Positions 9,249-19,126 are shown, counted from the first letter of the stretch. The stretch is DNA of 64,000 nucleotides from Flammeovirgaceae bacterium (GCA_021299455.1 JAJTGQ010000019.1:15855-79854); one strand, 5' to 3'. The notes: generated from the letters alone by a model not told the origin. Numbers and translations are program-made.

Positions 9249-10181
9249 TCATTCCTGAGATATTGCTGCTAGCAAAGTGGCGAGGCTTTCAAACTGCGAT
9301 CCATTCAGCTCCCATAACGTCTTACTTTCTCCAAAGACTGTGATTTGAGTTTCTGCTTTTTCAACAACTCGGTAGCCGCTTCGCTCCAATGCATTCTTTG
9401 TCCAAAGAAAAGAATAGCCCGTACCCAATAGTTGGACTTCTTTTTTGCGATGAGCCTCGTGCTCAATTTTCCCCGTTTTAAGGTCGAATCCTTTAAATTG
9501 AAAAACCTCATCGAAAGCTCCGTCAAGCACCAAATCTTCAGGTATTCCTGTTTTTATTTTTTTATTGGCCGTTGCCAGCCAAATTAAGTCAGCCGTTTGT
9601 AAGGCGAGGTCTAGTTCATGTGTGGTCACCAGAATAGATTTACCCAACTTTCTGGAAAGTGATCGCAGCAGGTTCATTACCTCCACCCGATTATTTAGGT
9701 CGAGGTGAGCCGTTGGCTCGTCTAATAGTATAACTGGGGTCTGTTGGGCCAGGGCTTTTGCGATCATGACCAGTTGCAACTGGCCATCACTTAGTTCATT
9801 CAGTTTTCTATTACGCAGGGACTCTAAGTGAACCTGACGAATGGCATCTTCTATTATTTCTATGTTTGAAGGCGACAGAGAAATTCTCCAGTCTAGGTAG
9901 GGATATCGTCCAAAGGAAACGAGGTCATAAACCGTCATGTTGGTGGCCGTGATCTTATCAGTCAACACCAATGCAACATCTTTATTATGTGCGTTTACCT
10001 TGCCAGCAAGTGGAGGCAAAAGTCCAGCAAGTGTTTTTAGTAAAGTGGACTTACCAACTCCATTTGAACCCATGAAACAAACCAACTCACCTGGAGTTAA
10101 ATGCAGATCAAGGTTGTCAAACAGTATGTGTTCTTTTCTTCGGGCGCGGAAACCGACCGAGAGTTGCTGTGCAGAAATCAT
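9249..10181 (-). CDS. ABC transporter ATP-binding protein (FepC/BtuD-type) with an extra C-terminal region
   Basis: Walker A GSNGVGKST, signature LSDGQLQ, Walker B ILLDEPTAHLD. At 310 aa it is about 50-70 aa longer than typical family members. Confidence 0.9.
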   Translation of the reverse strand: MISAQQLSVGFRARRKEHILFDNLDLHLTPGELVCFMGSNGVGKSTLLKTLAGLLPPLAGKVNAHNKDVALVLTDKITATNMTVYDLVSFGRYPYLDWRISLSPSNIEIIEDAIRQVHLESLRNRKLNELSDGQLQLVMIAKALAQQTPVILLDEPTAHLDLNNRVEVMNLLRSLSRKLGKSILVTTHELDLALQTADLIWLATANKKIKTGIPEDLVLDGAFDEVFQFKGFDLKTGKIEHEAHRKKEVQLLGTGYSFLWTKNALERSGYRVVEKAETQITVFGESKTLWELNGSQFESLATLLAAISQE

Positions 10182-11197
10182 ACACTCACTTTTTTGTTGC
10201 GAATAATCATCCAGATGACAAGGGGTGCACCAATCAGTGAAGTGATCACATTGATTGGAAGCACTTGAGTTCGATTGGGGAGGTGCGCAAATACATCACA
10301 CAGTAACAACATGCTGGCACCAGCCATTGCTGCCAGGGGCAATAGTATTTTGTGATTGGCCGTTGGGACGGCCAAGCGAACTAAATGAGGCACAGCGAGA
10401 CCAACGAACGCAATAGGCCCGCAAAAAGCCGTAACACTCCCCGCCAGCAAACTTGTTGAGACAACAATCCACAGTCGAGAGGATGAAATGTTTATTCCGA
10501 GGCTTCTGGCATAACTTTCTCCAAGCAAAAGCGCGTTTAGCGGCTTTATTTGAGATACCGCAATGCCAATACCAATTAAGACCACAAACGCTAGTATTTT
10601 TACTTCTTGCCAATTGGTGCTGCCCACAGAACCCATCGACCAGATAATAAAGGTCTGGAGATCTTCAGCTTTGCTAACAAACTGAAGCATGGCCACCATG
10701 GAAGATGTTGCGGCACTAATCATCAGACCAATAATTAATAAAGACGTATTGTCCTGTACAAAACGGGCAATCGCAATTATTAATACAAACACGAGCACCC
10801 CTCCCAAACTAGCTGCAATAACCTGGCTCCACGGGTTACTAGAAACTAAGGCTAGAAATGCTATCGAAGTTTGGCCGAGCATTAGCACAAAACCAACCAT
10901 CAAACTGGCACCGGAACTGAGACCCAGCACATCCGGCCCCGCCAGCGCATTTCTGAAAAGGGTTTGCATTAGCAATCCTCCGGCTGCCAATGCAGCACCA
11001 GCAAGTAGGCACGTGGTTGCTTTGGGCAAACGGAAATTCCAAATTATTTCTCCAACAGTGGAGTTTTTGTAGAAAAGCTCCGCAAAGATCTCTCGAAGCG
11101 CAATGTTTGTGCTACCTAAACCAACATCTGCCCAAAAAAGCAAAATCATTAATAGAAATAAACCGACAAACTTTAATGCTGGAGAAGAGTTGCCCAT
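10178..11197 (-). CDS. FecCD/BtuC-family ABC importer permease
   Basis: 339-aa polytopic membrane protein. Ends in INVITSLIGAPLVIWMI, the conserved FecCD C-terminus. 4-nt overlap with the ATPase gene. Confidence 0.9.
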   Translation of the reverse strand: MGNSSPALKFVGLFLLMILLFWADVGLGSTNIALREIFAELFYKNSTVGEIIWNFRLPKATTCLLAGAALAAGGLLMQTLFRNALAGPDVLGLSSGASLMVGFVLMLGQTSIAFLALVSSNPWSQVIAASLGGVLVFVLIIAIARFVQDNTSLLIIGLMISAATSSMVAMLQFVSKAEDLQTFIIWSMGSVGSTNWQEVKILAFVVLIGIGIAVSQIKPLNALLLGESYARSLGINISSSRLWIVVSTSLLAGSVTAFCGPIAFVGLAVPHLVRLAVPTANHKILLPLAAMAGASMLLLCDVFAHLPNRTQVLPINVITSLIGAPLVIWMIIRNKKVSV

Positions 11198-11423
11198 TTT
11201 TTAACAAGGCGAAAAGTACTCGCTTTTGGTCATTTGCCAAGCTTGTTCGATTCGTATATTCTTCTTGTTTTTAGATTCTGGCATGCCCTGTCGCACTTTA
11301 ACATTTCTGCTGGATCTGATAAATGCACTGTAAATATAACAATGTTAAGTAATTGTATATCAAACAGATATGTGATAATCCATAACAAATTCCAAAAACC
11401 TTATCTTTTTTTGAATTGCTCAC

Positions 11424-11453
11424 TTGGTAACTAACCTTATGTTCCTATCTTTG
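11424..11453 (+). promoter_or_regulatory. Candidate Bacteroidota sigma-A promoter for the ribosomal protein cluster
   Basis: TTG at 11424-11426 and TATCTTTG at 11446-11453 (TAnnTTTG -7 consensus) with 19-nt spacing, about 60 nt upstream of the rplC ATG. Confidence 0.45.
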
Positions 11454-11515
11454 CAGTCCTTTTTGCGGTAGGAAACCCTCAAATTGGTTTAAAAACAAGT
11501 AAAACAGTTTCAATC

Positions 11516-12148
11516 ATGCCTGGAATATTAGGACGAAAAGTAGGAATGACCAGTGTATTTGGTGCTGATGGCACAAGTATATCGGTAACGGTCATTGAGG
11601 CAGGCCCTTGCGTAGTTACGCAGGTAAGGAGCCAAGAAGTAGATGGTTATAAAGCCGTTCAACTTGCGTTTGGTGAGAAAAAAGAGAAGAACACCTCAAT
11701 GGCAATGCAAGGTCATTTTAAGAAAGCAAATACAACACCAAAGAAGAATCTGGTGGAGTTTCGTGATTTTACTTCTGAGTATGACGGCATCGCGGAATTG
11801 GGTAAAGAAATAAAAGTTGGCGACATTTTCGCGGAAGGTGATTTCATCGATGCAGTTGGCACTTCAAAAGGTAAAGGCTTTCAAGGTGTTGTAAAGCGTT
11901 ACGGCTTTGCTGGTGTGGGTGGTCAAACTCACGGACAGCACAATCGTCTTCGTGCACCGGGTTCAATGGGTAACGCTTCGTTTGCGGCCCGTGTAATCAA
12001 AGGCAAGAGACTTCCCGGTAGAATGGGAGGCGAGCGCGTAAAAACAATGAACCTGAAAGTGGTTAAGATCATGCCCGAGCAGAATCTTATTTTGATAAGT
12101 GGATCAGTTCCGGGTGCAAAGAATTCAACGATAATCCTGCAAAAGTAA
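11516..12148 (+). CDS. rplC: 50S ribosomal protein L3
   Basis: [16 protein letters not shown]-terminus and [10 protein letters not shown] motif. First gene of the cluster. Confidence 0.97.
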   Translation: MPGILGRKVGMTSVFGADGTSISVTVIEAGPCVVTQVRSQEVDGYKAVQLAFGEKKEKNTSMAMQGHFKKANTTPKKNLVEFRDFTSEYDGIAELGKEIKVGDIFAEGDFIDAVGTSKGKGFQGVVKRYGFAGVGGQTHGQHNRLRAPGSMGNASFAARVIKGKRLPGRMGGERVKTMNLKVVKIMPEQNLILISGSVPGAKNSTIILQK

Positions 12149-12774
12149 TGGACATAGCAGTTGTAAAGTACAGTGGCGAGAGCACGGGCCGCAAAGTAAA
12201 CCTCGAGACAGAGGTTTTCGGCATTGAACCAAATGATCACGCGATCTATTTGGACGTAAAGAGCTATTTGGCCAATCAGCGTCAAGGAACTCACAAGTCT
12301 AAGCAGCGTAACGAGATCTCCGGTTCCTCTAAAAAAATCAAAAAGCAAAAGGGCACAGGTGGCGCTCGTGCAGGAAATATCAAGAACCCTCAATTTAAAG
12401 GTGGAGGTCGTATTTTCGGACCAACACCCCGCGACTATTCTTTTAAGCTGAATAAGAAAGTAAAAGAGTTGGCTAGAAAGTCTGCCCTTACTTATAAAGC
12501 GAAAGATAATTCTATCGCTATTTTGGAAGACTTTAATTTTGAAGCGCCTAAGACTAAGCAGTATTTGGCAATGTTGAAGTCGCTTTCTTTGGGCGATAAG
12601 AAGACCTTGTTTATCCTTCCTGAGGTTAATAAAAACGTGGTTCTGTCAAGCAGAAACGTTCGCAATACAAAAGTTATCACGGCAGCTCAACTTAATACGT
12701 ATGACGTGATGAATGCAGACAACTTGGTGTTTGCCGAGAGTTCAATCAATTCAATCAATAGTCTATTAAAATAA
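12148..12774 (+). CDS. rplD: 50S ribosomal protein L4
   Basis: [11 protein letters not shown] motif. Conserved position after rplC. Confidence 0.95.
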   Translation: MDIAVVKYSGESTGRKVNLETEVFGIEPNDHAIYLDVKSYLANQRQGTHKSKQRNEISGSSKKIKKQKGTGGARAGNIKNPQFKGGGRIFGPTPRDYSFKLNKKVKELARKSALTYKAKDNSIAILEDFNFEAPKTKQYLAMLKSLSLGDKKTLFILPEVNKNVVLSSRNVRNTKVITAAQLNTYDVMNADNLVFAESSINSINSLLK

Positions 12775-12786
12775 ACAGTAAGCCAA

Positions 12787-13074
12787 ATGAGCATTTTAAT
12801 TAGTCCCCTGGTTACTGAGAAAATTTCAAGCCTTAACGAGAAAGGCAAGTATGGTTTCATCGTAGAATCATCTGCTAACAAAGTAGAGATCGCCAAAGCC
12901 GTAGAGAAAATGTATTCAGTGAATGTAGCTAAAGTGAATACCATAAGTGTGTTAGGCAAAGCCAAGTCACGTTTTACTAAGGGTGGAACGGTGTCTGGCA
13001 AAAAGCCTGATTATAAGAAGGCAATCGTGACCTTAGCTGCCGGTGAAGTAATTGATTTTTATAGTAACGTTTAA
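12787..13074 (+). CDS. rplW: 50S ribosomal protein L23
   Basis: 95 aa. ILISPLVTEK start and KKAIVTL near the C-terminus. Conserved position. Confidence 0.95.
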   Translation: MSILISPLVTEKISSLNEKGKYGFIVESSANKVEIAKAVEKMYSVNVAKVNTISVLGKAKSRFTKGGTVSGKKPDYKKAIVTLAAGEVIDFYSNV

Positions 13075-13086
13075 TAAAGAGCTGAC

Positions 13087-13911
13087 ATGGCACTTAGAAA
13101 ACTGAAACCCGTAACTGCAGGAACACGCCATCGCTTGGCTCCTGTATTTGATGACATTACGGAAACTACACCCGAGAAGTCATTGTTGGTGACTTTGAAG
13201 AAAACCGGTGGACGCAATACGAATGGCAGGATGACCATGCGTTACATTGGTGGCGGACATAAGCAAAAATTGCGCTTGATTGATTTTAAGAGAAGCAAAG
13301 CCGGTGTTCCAGCTGTTGTAAAATCGATTGAATATGATCCATCTCGCACTGCAAGGATTGCAAAACTCTATTATGCGGATGGTACAAAGACATACATCAT
13401 TGCGCCTCAAGGAATCAAAGTAGGGCAGACGTTATATTCAGGAGATAATATTGCACCTGAGGTAGGTAATGCACTGCCGTTATCAAAAATTCCTGTAGGT
13501 ACAATCGTACATAATGTAGAAGTGAAGCCGGGTCAAGGAGCGTCAATTGCACGTAGCGCGGGTTCTTTTGTTCAATTAGTTGCACGCGAAGATGTGTATG
13601 CAACATTGAAGATGCCTTCTGGCGAGATGCGCAATGTGTTGGTAAATTGTATGGCAACCGTGGGAGCTGTTTCAAATGCAGAACACATGAATGAAAGTGT
13701 GGGTAAAGCTGGCCGCAGCCGTTGGAGAGGGGTTCGCCCTCGCACACGTGCAGTAGCCATGAACCCTGTTGATCACCCGATGGGTGGTGGTGAAGGGCGT
13801 GCTTCTGGGGGCCATCCAAGGTCAAGAAACGGATTGTTGTCGAAAGGCAAGAAGACCCGTCATCCTAAGAAATATTCAGATGGTTTAATTATAGCTAGGA
13901 AAAAGAAATAA
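13087..13911 (+). CDS. rplB: 50S ribosomal protein L2
   Basis: [13 protein letters not shown] and [13 protein letters not shown] motifs. Confidence 0.97.
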   Translation: MALRKLKPVTAGTRHRLAPVFDDITETTPEKSLLVTLKKTGGRNTNGRMTMRYIGGGHKQKLRLIDFKRSKAGVPAVVKSIEYDPSRTARIAKLYYADGTKTYIIAPQGIKVGQTLYSGDNIAPEVGNALPLSKIPVGTIVHNVEVKPGQGASIARSAGSFVQLVAREDVYATLKMPSGEMRNVLVNCMATVGAVSNAEHMNESVGKAGRSRWRGVRPRTRAVAMNPVDHPMGGGEGRASGGHPRSRNGLLSKGKKTRHPKKYSDGLIIARKKK

Positions 13912-13912
13912 T

Positions 13913-14203
13913 ATGGGAAGGTCAATAAAAAAAGGTCCTTATTTAGATGCCCGCCTTGCTAAGAAAGTGCAGGTAATGGAGCAATCTGGAAAGAAATCAG
14001 TTATCAAAACCTGGTCTCGCAGATCAACCATCACACCAGATTGTATTGGACATACGTTCGCGGTTCATAATGGGAATAAGTTTATCCCTGTTTATGTAAC
14101 TGAAAACATGGTGGGTCATAAGTTAGGTGAATTCGCGCCTACTCGCACCTTCAAAGGTCATAGTGGTAATAATAAGTCAGAAGGCCCTGGCGCTAAAAAA
14201 TAA
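13913..14203 (+). CDS. rpsS: 30S ribosomal protein S19
   Basis: GRSIKKGPY start and [16 protein letters not shown] motif. Confidence 0.97.
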   Translation: MGRSIKKGPYLDARLAKKVQVMEQSGKKSVIKTWSRRSTITPDCIGHTFAVHNGNKFIPVYVTENMVGHKLGEFAPTRTFKGHSGNNKSEGPGAKK

Positions 14204-14211
14204 TTCCTCAG

Positions 14212-14688
14212 ATGGAAACAGAAAAGAAAGTAAAAGGATCTGTAGCAAAAAGAGCTAAAATCCAAGCTGTAAAGGAGGCCGCGAAGGTGGGTCCCTCTAC
14301 TGTATACTTACATAATGCCCCTACATCTCCTCGCAAGATGAGATTGATCGCAGATTTGATCCGTGGCGAGCGTGTCAACAAGGCGTTGAACATATTGAAG
14401 TATGATGCGATGCACCCTTCGGCCAAAATGGAGAAGTTACTTCTATCTGCCATCAGCGCTTGGGAAGCTAAGCACACAGACGTGAAGTTAGAAGAGGCGG
14501 ATTTGTTTGTGAAAGAGATATATGTGGGAGGTGGTCGCATATTGAAACGCTTGCGTCCTGCACCACAAGGTCGGGCACATCGGGTGAGAAAAAGATCTAA
14601 CCACGTTACGTTAGTAGTTGATAGAATGCCAGCTGAATTGGCGGCAGGAAAGAAAAAGAAACCAGTAGCAACAGAAACGGCAAAATAA
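14212..14688 (+). CDS. rplV: 50S ribosomal protein L22 (extended termini)
   Basis: [14 protein letters not shown] and [13 protein letters not shown] motifs. At 158 aa it has Lys-rich N- and C-terminal extensions. Confidence 0.93.
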   Translation: METEKKVKGSVAKRAKIQAVKEAAKVGPSTVYLHNAPTSPRKMRLIADLIRGERVNKALNILKYDAMHPSAKMEKLLLSAISAWEAKHTDVKLEEADLFVKEIYVGGGRILKRLRPAPQGRAHRVRKRSNHVTLVVDRMPAELAAGKKKKPVATETAK

Positions 14689-15512
14689 TGGGACAAAAGA
14701 TTAATCCTGTAGGTTTTAGATTAGGCGTAGTACGCGGCTGGGATTCAGCTTGGTACGGAGGCAAAGATTTCTCTGATAAATTGGTCGAAGACCACATGAT
14801 CAGAAAATATGTCGATGCCCGTATTCAAAAAGGTGGTATTGCCAAAGTTGTTATTGAGCGCAGTAGCTCGAAGAGAATTACGATTACTATCCATACAGCT
14901 CGTCCGGGAGTTGTAATTGGAAAAGGAGGAACGGAAGTTGACAAGATTAAGGAAGAGTTAAAAAACCTTACTAAGAAAGATGTACAGATTAACATCTTCG
15001 AAATTAAGCGCCCTGAAATGGATGCTCGCTTAGTTGGAGAGTCGATCGCACAGCAATTAGAGGCTCGGATTTCTTATCGCAGAGCGATGAAACAAGCAAT
15101 TGCTTCTACGATGCGAGTTGGTGCAGAAGGTATCAAAGTGAAATTGTCGGGTCGTTTGGCAGGTGCTGATATGGCCAGAACAGAACAATATAAGGAGGGG
15201 AGAATTCCTCTTCATACACTTCGCGCGGATATTGATTATGCAATATCGGAAGCCCAAACCGTGTATGGCAAAATCGGCATCAAGGTTTGGATTTTCAAAG
15301 GTGAAGTGTACGGCAAGCGTGACCTTTCTCCGAATGTCGGAATGGTAAGCAATGCCACCGGGGAAAATAAAGGAGGAGCGCCAGCTGGTGGACCGGATAG
15401 AAGAAGAGGCGGCAACGATCGCGGAGGAAGAAACGAAAGAGGTGGTGATCGCAACGAAAGAAGTGGTGGACCTCGTGGTGGTGGCGATAGAAGAACAGGT
15501 GGAAAAAGATAA
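14688..15512 (+). CDS. rpsC: 30S ribosomal protein S3 with a C-terminal RGG-type tail
   Basis: [13 protein letters not shown] start and a KH-domain GKGG motif. The last ~50 aa are Gly/Arg/Asp/Asn repeats. Confidence 0.95.
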   Translation: MGQKINPVGFRLGVVRGWDSAWYGGKDFSDKLVEDHMIRKYVDARIQKGGIAKVVIERSSSKRITITIHTARPGVVIGKGGTEVDKIKEELKNLTKKDVQINIFEIKRPEMDARLVGESIAQQLEARISYRRAMKQAIASTMRVGAEGIKVKLSGRLAGADMARTEQYKEGRIPLHTLRADIDYAISEAQTVYGKIGIKVWIFKGEVYGKRDLSPNVGMVSNATGENKGGAPAGGPDRRRGGNDRGGRNERGGDRNERSGGPRGGGDRRTGGKR

Positions 15513-15538
15513 TTGAGAGTTTAAAAAAGTAGCGAATC

Positions 15539-15973
15539 ATGTTACAACCAAAACGTACCAAGTTTAGGAAAATGCAAAAAGGAAAGTCCAAGGGATTGGC
15601 CACACGTGGGCATCAAATCGCTTTTGGATCTTTTGCATTGAAAGCACTGGAGCCATGTTGGCTAACCGCTCGTCAACTCGAGGCAGCTCGTGTGGCGGTT
15701 ACACGCGAAATGAAGCGAGAAGGTCAAGTATGGATTCGAGTATTTCCTGATAAACCAATTACTCGCAAACCTGCTGAGGTGCGTATGGGTAAAGGTAAAG
15801 GAGCACCTGAGTATTGGGTAGCGGTTATTAAACCTGGTACCATCATATTTGAAGCGGGTGGAGTAACCATGGCAACGGCTAAAAAAGCATTGGCACTGGC
15901 GGATGGTAAATTACCGTTGAAAACGCGCTTTACCGTTCGCAGAGATTTTGTAGAACAAGTAGAGAAGAAATAA
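15539..15973 (+). CDS. rplP: 50S ribosomal protein L16
   Basis: [11 protein letters not shown] start and RMGKGKG motif. Confidence 0.97.
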   Translation: MLQPKRTKFRKMQKGKSKGLATRGHQIAFGSFALKALEPCWLTARQLEAARVAVTREMKREGQVWIRVFPDKPITRKPAEVRMGKGKGAPEYWVAVIKPGTIIFEAGGVTMATAKKALALADGKLPLKTRFTVRRDFVEQVEKK

Positions 15974-15974
15974 A

Positions 15975-16166
15975 ATGAAAAATACTGAAATCAAAGGGCT
16001 TACAGTAGCTGAGCTGAAAGAGAAAATTGGAAGTGAAAAGGAAAACTTGCGCAAAATAAAATTTGCCCATCAGATTTCATCTATTGAAAATCCAATGAAG
16101 ATTAAAGAGGCTCGCAAGTTGGTGGCGAGATTGAAAACAGAATTGACAGCAAAGGAATCAAAATAA
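15975..16166 (+). CDS. rpmC: 50S ribosomal protein L29
   Basis: 63 aa, helical, with the expected position and size. Confidence 0.9.
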   Translation: MKNTEIKGLTVAELKEKIGSEKENLRKIKFAHQISSIENPMKIKEARKLVARLKTELTAKESK

Positions 16167-16173
16167 TAATTTC

Positions 16174-16434
16174 ATGGAAGCGGAGCGTAACCTCAGAAAA
16201 GAAAAGGTAGGCAGAGTGACGAGTAATAAAATGACTAAGTCAATCACGGTTGCCATTGATAGAAAGGTGAAACATCCGATCTATGGAAAGTTCATGAACA
16301 AGACTACGAAGTTCATGGCGCATGACGAAAAAAATGAGGCCGGTATTGGAGATACTGTCCGCATCATGGAGACACGCCCATTGAGCAAGAGCAAGAGATG
16401 GAGATTGGTTGAAATAGTTGAAAAAGCGAAGTAA
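16174..16434 (+). CDS. rpsQ: 30S ribosomal protein S17
   Basis: [24 protein letters not shown] pattern. Confidence 0.95.
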   Translation: MEAERNLRKEKVGRVTSNKMTKSITVAIDRKVKHPIYGKFMNKTTKFMAHDEKNEAGIGDTVRIMETRPLSKSKRWRLVEIVEKAK

Positions 16435-16436
16435 TC

Positions 16437-16805
16437 ATGATACAGACAGAATCGAGGCTCACAGTAGCCGATAACAGTGGCGCAAAAGAAGTATTGTGTT
16501 TGCATGTGCTGGGAGGAACGCGCAGACGTTCAGCTAGCGTGGGCGACAAAATTGTGGTGACCGTTAAATCGGCCATCCCTACGAGCCAAATCAAAAAAGG
16601 CACAGTTTCAAAAGCGGTGATCGTTCGTACTAAAAAGGAAATCAGAAGAAAAGACGGATCTTATATTCGGTTTGAAGACAATGCGGCTGTTCTTTTGAAT
16701 CCTCAAGATGAGCCAAGAGGCACACGTATTTTTGGCCCGGTAGCTCGTGAACTTCGTGAAAAGCAATTCATGAAAATTATTTCTTTGGCTCCAGAAGTAT
16801 TATAA
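16437..16805 (+). CDS. rplN: 50S ribosomal protein L14
   Basis: [17 protein letters not shown] start. Confidence 0.97.
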   Translation: MIQTESRLTVADNSGAKEVLCLHVLGGTRRRSASVGDKIVVTVKSAIPTSQIKKGTVSKAVIVRTKKEIRRKDGSYIRFEDNAAVLLNPQDEPRGTRIFGPVARELREKQFMKIISLAPEVL

Positions 16806-16809
16806 TCAT

Positions 16810-17151
16810 ATGGAAAGAAAATCAAACAAGCAGCAGAAACTGCACATCCGGAAAGGCGACACTGTGAAAGTGTTGACAGGCAATGACCGAACCAAGACTG
16901 GAAAAGTATTGGAAATCATTGCGGATAAGAGCCGCGCTATTGTGGAGGGAATTAATATCGTCACGAAGCATCAAAAACCAACCGCTGGTAAGCCAGAAGG
17001 AGGAATTAAGAAGATGGAAGGAACGATTCACATCAGCAATCTGATGTTGGTTGATCCAGGAACGGGTAAAGCTGTTCGTACCGGTCGGAAATTGAATGAC
17101 AAAGGAAAGCTTCAAAGATTTTCTAAGAAAACAGGTGAATTTATAAAGTAA
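16810..17151 (+). CDS. rplX: 50S ribosomal protein L24
   Basis: KOW motif [21 protein letters not shown]. Confidence 0.93.
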   Translation: MERKSNKQQKLHIRKGDTVKVLTGNDRTKTGKVLEIIADKSRAIVEGINIVTKHQKPTAGKPEGGIKKMEGTIHISNLMLVDPGTGKAVRTGRKLNDKGKLQRFSKKTGEFIK

Positions 17152-17702
17152 TGGCAACACCAAGATTAAAAGCAAAGTACCTCAAGGAAATCGTTCCTGG
17201 CCTGAAGCAGAAGTTTCAGTATAAGTCAGTAATGCAGGTACCCAAGATCGAAAAGATTTGTATCAACAAAGGTATTGGCGCAGCTGTAGCTGATAAGAAA
17301 TTGATTGAAGTAGGCGTTGAAGAGCTTACAACTATTTCTGGTCAAAAAGCGGTTTCTACCAAGTCGAAGAAAGATATCTCTAACTTTAAGCTGCGTGGTA
17401 ACCAAGCGATTGGCGCCAAGGTAACTTTGCGTGGAGATAGAATGTATGAATTCATGGATCGTTTGATGAATATCGCTCTTCCTCGCGTGAGGGATTTTAA
17501 AGGAGTGAATGACAAAGGATTTGATGGACGTGGAAATTATACACTGGGCGTGAAGGAGCAGATCATTTTCCCAGAGATTTCTATTGATAAGGTTCAGAAA
17601 ATTAATGGAATGGATATCACCTTCGTAACTACCGCACCTACGGATGAGGAGAGCTACGAATTATTGAAAGCATTTGGTATGCCTTTCGTCACTAAAAACT
17701 AA
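17151..17702 (+). CDS. rplE: 50S ribosomal protein L5
   Basis: RLKAKY start, RMYEFMDRL and [12 protein letters not shown] motifs. Confidence 0.96.
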   Translation: MATPRLKAKYLKEIVPGLKQKFQYKSVMQVPKIEKICINKGIGAAVADKKLIEVGVEELTTISGQKAVSTKSKKDISNFKLRGNQAIGAKVTLRGDRMYEFMDRLMNIALPRVRDFKGVNDKGFDGRGNYTLGVKEQIIFPEISIDKVQKINGMDITFVTTAPTDEESYELLKAFGMPFVTKN

Positions 17703-17706
17703 TAGC

Positions 17707-17976
17707 ATGGCAAAGTTAGCAGTCATCGCAAGAGACAAAAAGAAGTTAAGATTAGTTGAGCGCTACGCCAAAAAACGTGCAGCGCTTAAGGAAGCTCAAG
17801 ACTGGGTTGGATTGGATAAACTTCCAAGAAGCTCGTCAAAAGTAAGGCTACATAGCAGATGCAAGCTTACCGGACGCCCCAGAGGCTATATGGCTAAGTT
17901 TGGCATTTGTCGTAATCAGTTTCGCCAATTGGCGAGTGAGGGAAAAATCCCTGGCATAACTAAGTCAAGCTGGTAA
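17707..17976 (+). CDS. rpsN: 30S ribosomal protein S14 (long, zinc-free type)
   Basis: Start set at [16 protein letters not shown] 17707 inside track ORF 17674-17976. [11 protein letters not shown] and [10 protein letters not shown] motifs with no CxxC pairs. Confidence 0.93.
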   Translation: MAKLAVIARDKKKLRLVERYAKKRAALKEAQDWVGLDKLPRSSSKVRLHSRCKLTGRPRGYMAKFGICRNQFRQLASEGKIPGITKSSW

Positions 17977-18067
17977 GCTTGTTTTAGCCTGCCAAAGGCA
18001 TAGAATTTATTGGTTGCTGAGTACCGAGGTCAACTCCCAGAATATCGAAGTTGAAACCGGGTAACAG

Positions 18068-18098
18068 TTTGGATAACAAAAATTGTTATTTATCTTTG
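18068..18098 (+). promoter_or_regulatory. Internal promoter-like element with an embedded 17-nt palindrome, upstream of rpsH
   Basis: TTTG 18068-18071; perfect palindrome ATAACAAAAATTGTTAT 18073-18089; TATCTTTG 18091-18098 with 19-nt spacing from TTTG. The 11-mer TATCTTTGCAG is identical to 11446-11456 upstream of rplC. Confidence 0.4.
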
Positions 18099-18099
18099 C

Positions 18100-18130
18100 A
18101 GCCCCGTTCGAAAAATGGGGCTTGCTTTTT
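18100..18130 (+). terminator. Hairpin plus U-tract (terminator or attenuator-like) 13 nt upstream of the rpsH start
   Basis: AGCCCC (18100-18105) pairs with GGGGCT (18117-18122) around an 11-nt loop, followed by TGCTTTTT (18123-18130). Confidence 0.4.
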
Positions 18131-18143
18131 AAAGAAAAGTGAA

Positions 18144-18548
18144 ATGAAGACTACTGATCCAATTGCAGATTATTTAACCCGGTTGCGCAACGCCATCAAG
18201 GCTCGCCACCGTGTAGTGGAAGTGCCTGCTTCTAACTTAAAGAAAGAAGTAACAAAGGTTCTTTTTGACAAGGGGTACATCCTAAACTACAAGTTCGAGG
18301 AAACGGACAATAAACAAGGCAACATCAAGATTGCTTTGAAGTATAACCCTGAGACAAAGGAGTCGGCAATTACCAAGCTGGATCGTGTCAGTTCACCTGG
18401 TTTGCGCCAGTACAAAGGAGCTGATCGCCTTCCAAAGGTATTGAACGGTTTAGGCATTGCCATTCTGTCAACTTCTAAAGGTGTTATCACCGACAAAGAA
18501 GCAAAGGCATTGAATGTAGGTGGAGAGGTTTTATGTTATATCTATTAA
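18144..18548 (+). CDS. rpsH: 30S ribosomal protein S8
   Basis: Start set at [20 protein letters not shown] 18144 inside track ORF 18051-18548. This is the canonical S8 N-terminus. Confidence 0.95.
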   Translation: MKTTDPIADYLTRLRNAIKARHRVVEVPASNLKKEVTKVLFDKGYILNYKFEETDNKQGNIKIALKYNPETKESAITKLDRVSSPGLRQYKGADRLPKVLNGLGIAILSTSKGVITDKEAKALNVGGEVLCYIY

Positions 18549-18560
18549 TTATACAACGTC

Positions 18561-19118
18561 ATGTCACGAATAGGTAGACTTCCGATAGAACTTCCCAAAG
18601 GTGTAACATTCACGTTTGCTGAAGCAGACCATAAAGTTACAGTGAAAGGACCCAAAGGTGAGTTAAAACAACTCATTGATGCTGATTTTAAAATAACCTT
18701 GGAAGAGGGAAACATTGTGGTTCATCGCCCTACTGAGCAGAAGAGACACAAGGCTATGCACGGATTGTATCGCTCTCTCATTGCCAATATGGTAGAGGGT
18801 GTTAGCACAGGTTATAAAAGACAATTAGAAGTAATTGGAGTAGGTTTCAAGGCTACGGCACAAGGCAACTTGTTAGATTTAAGCTTGGGCTATTCACACA
18901 GCGTGATCCTGGCTGTTCCTTCTGAGCTAAAGGTGGTAGCCACTCAAGAGAAAGGACAAAATCCTATTATCACGTTGGAAGGAACCGACAAGCAATTGAT
19001 CGGTCAGGTAGCTGCCAAAATAAAATCGTTGCGCAGCGTTGAACCTTACAAAGGAAAGGGTATTCGTTATGTTGGTGAGTTTGTTCGTAGAAAAGCTGGT
19101 AAAGCAGCAGCTAAATAA
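18561..19118 (+). CDS. rplF: 50S ribosomal protein L6
   Basis: MSRIGRLPIELPKGV start and PYKGKGIRY motif. Confidence 0.96.
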   Translation: MSRIGRLPIELPKGVTFTFAEADHKVTVKGPKGELKQLIDADFKITLEEGNIVVHRPTEQKRHKAMHGLYRSLIANMVEGVSTGYKRQLEVIGVGFKATAQGNLLDLSLGYSHSVILAVPSELKVVATQEKGQNPIITLEGTDKQLIGQVAAKIKSLRSVEPYKGKGIRYVGEFVRRKAGKAAAK

Positions 19119-19126
19119 TAGAAGGT

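Noticed and set aside
11198-11400. Possible cobalamin riboswitch on the minus strand ahead of the FecCD/FepC importer.
   Set aside because: Reading the reverse complement, I found only a weak GCCAGAAT resemblance to the B12 box. The GGGAA/GGTG core and the ACCTGCC continuation are missing. This does not support a call without a covariance-model search.
11234-11434. 66-aa ORF in the spacer upstream of rplC, considered as a possible diverged rpsJ.
   Set aside because: The translation (MPSLFDSYILLVFRFWHALSHFNISAG...) bears no resemblance to S10. It is AT-rich and hydrophobic and overlaps the likely promoter region.
14208-14696. 162-aa minus-strand ORF that exactly spans rplV. Similar antisense ORFs occur at 11929-12393, 13415-13825, 23525-23866 and 25786-26151.
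   Set aside because: They lie antisense to strongly supported ribosomal protein genes. Their translations are low-complexity with no recognisable motifs. They have no upstream promoter or RBS context. Such stop-free antisense frames are common opposite highly biased genes.
18051-18143. Upstream extension of the rpsH ORF, using the track start at 18051.
   Set aside because: The canonical S8 N-terminus [11 protein letters not shown] begins at 18144. The extension would read through the promoter-like box and hairpin, and it uses a non-ATG start.
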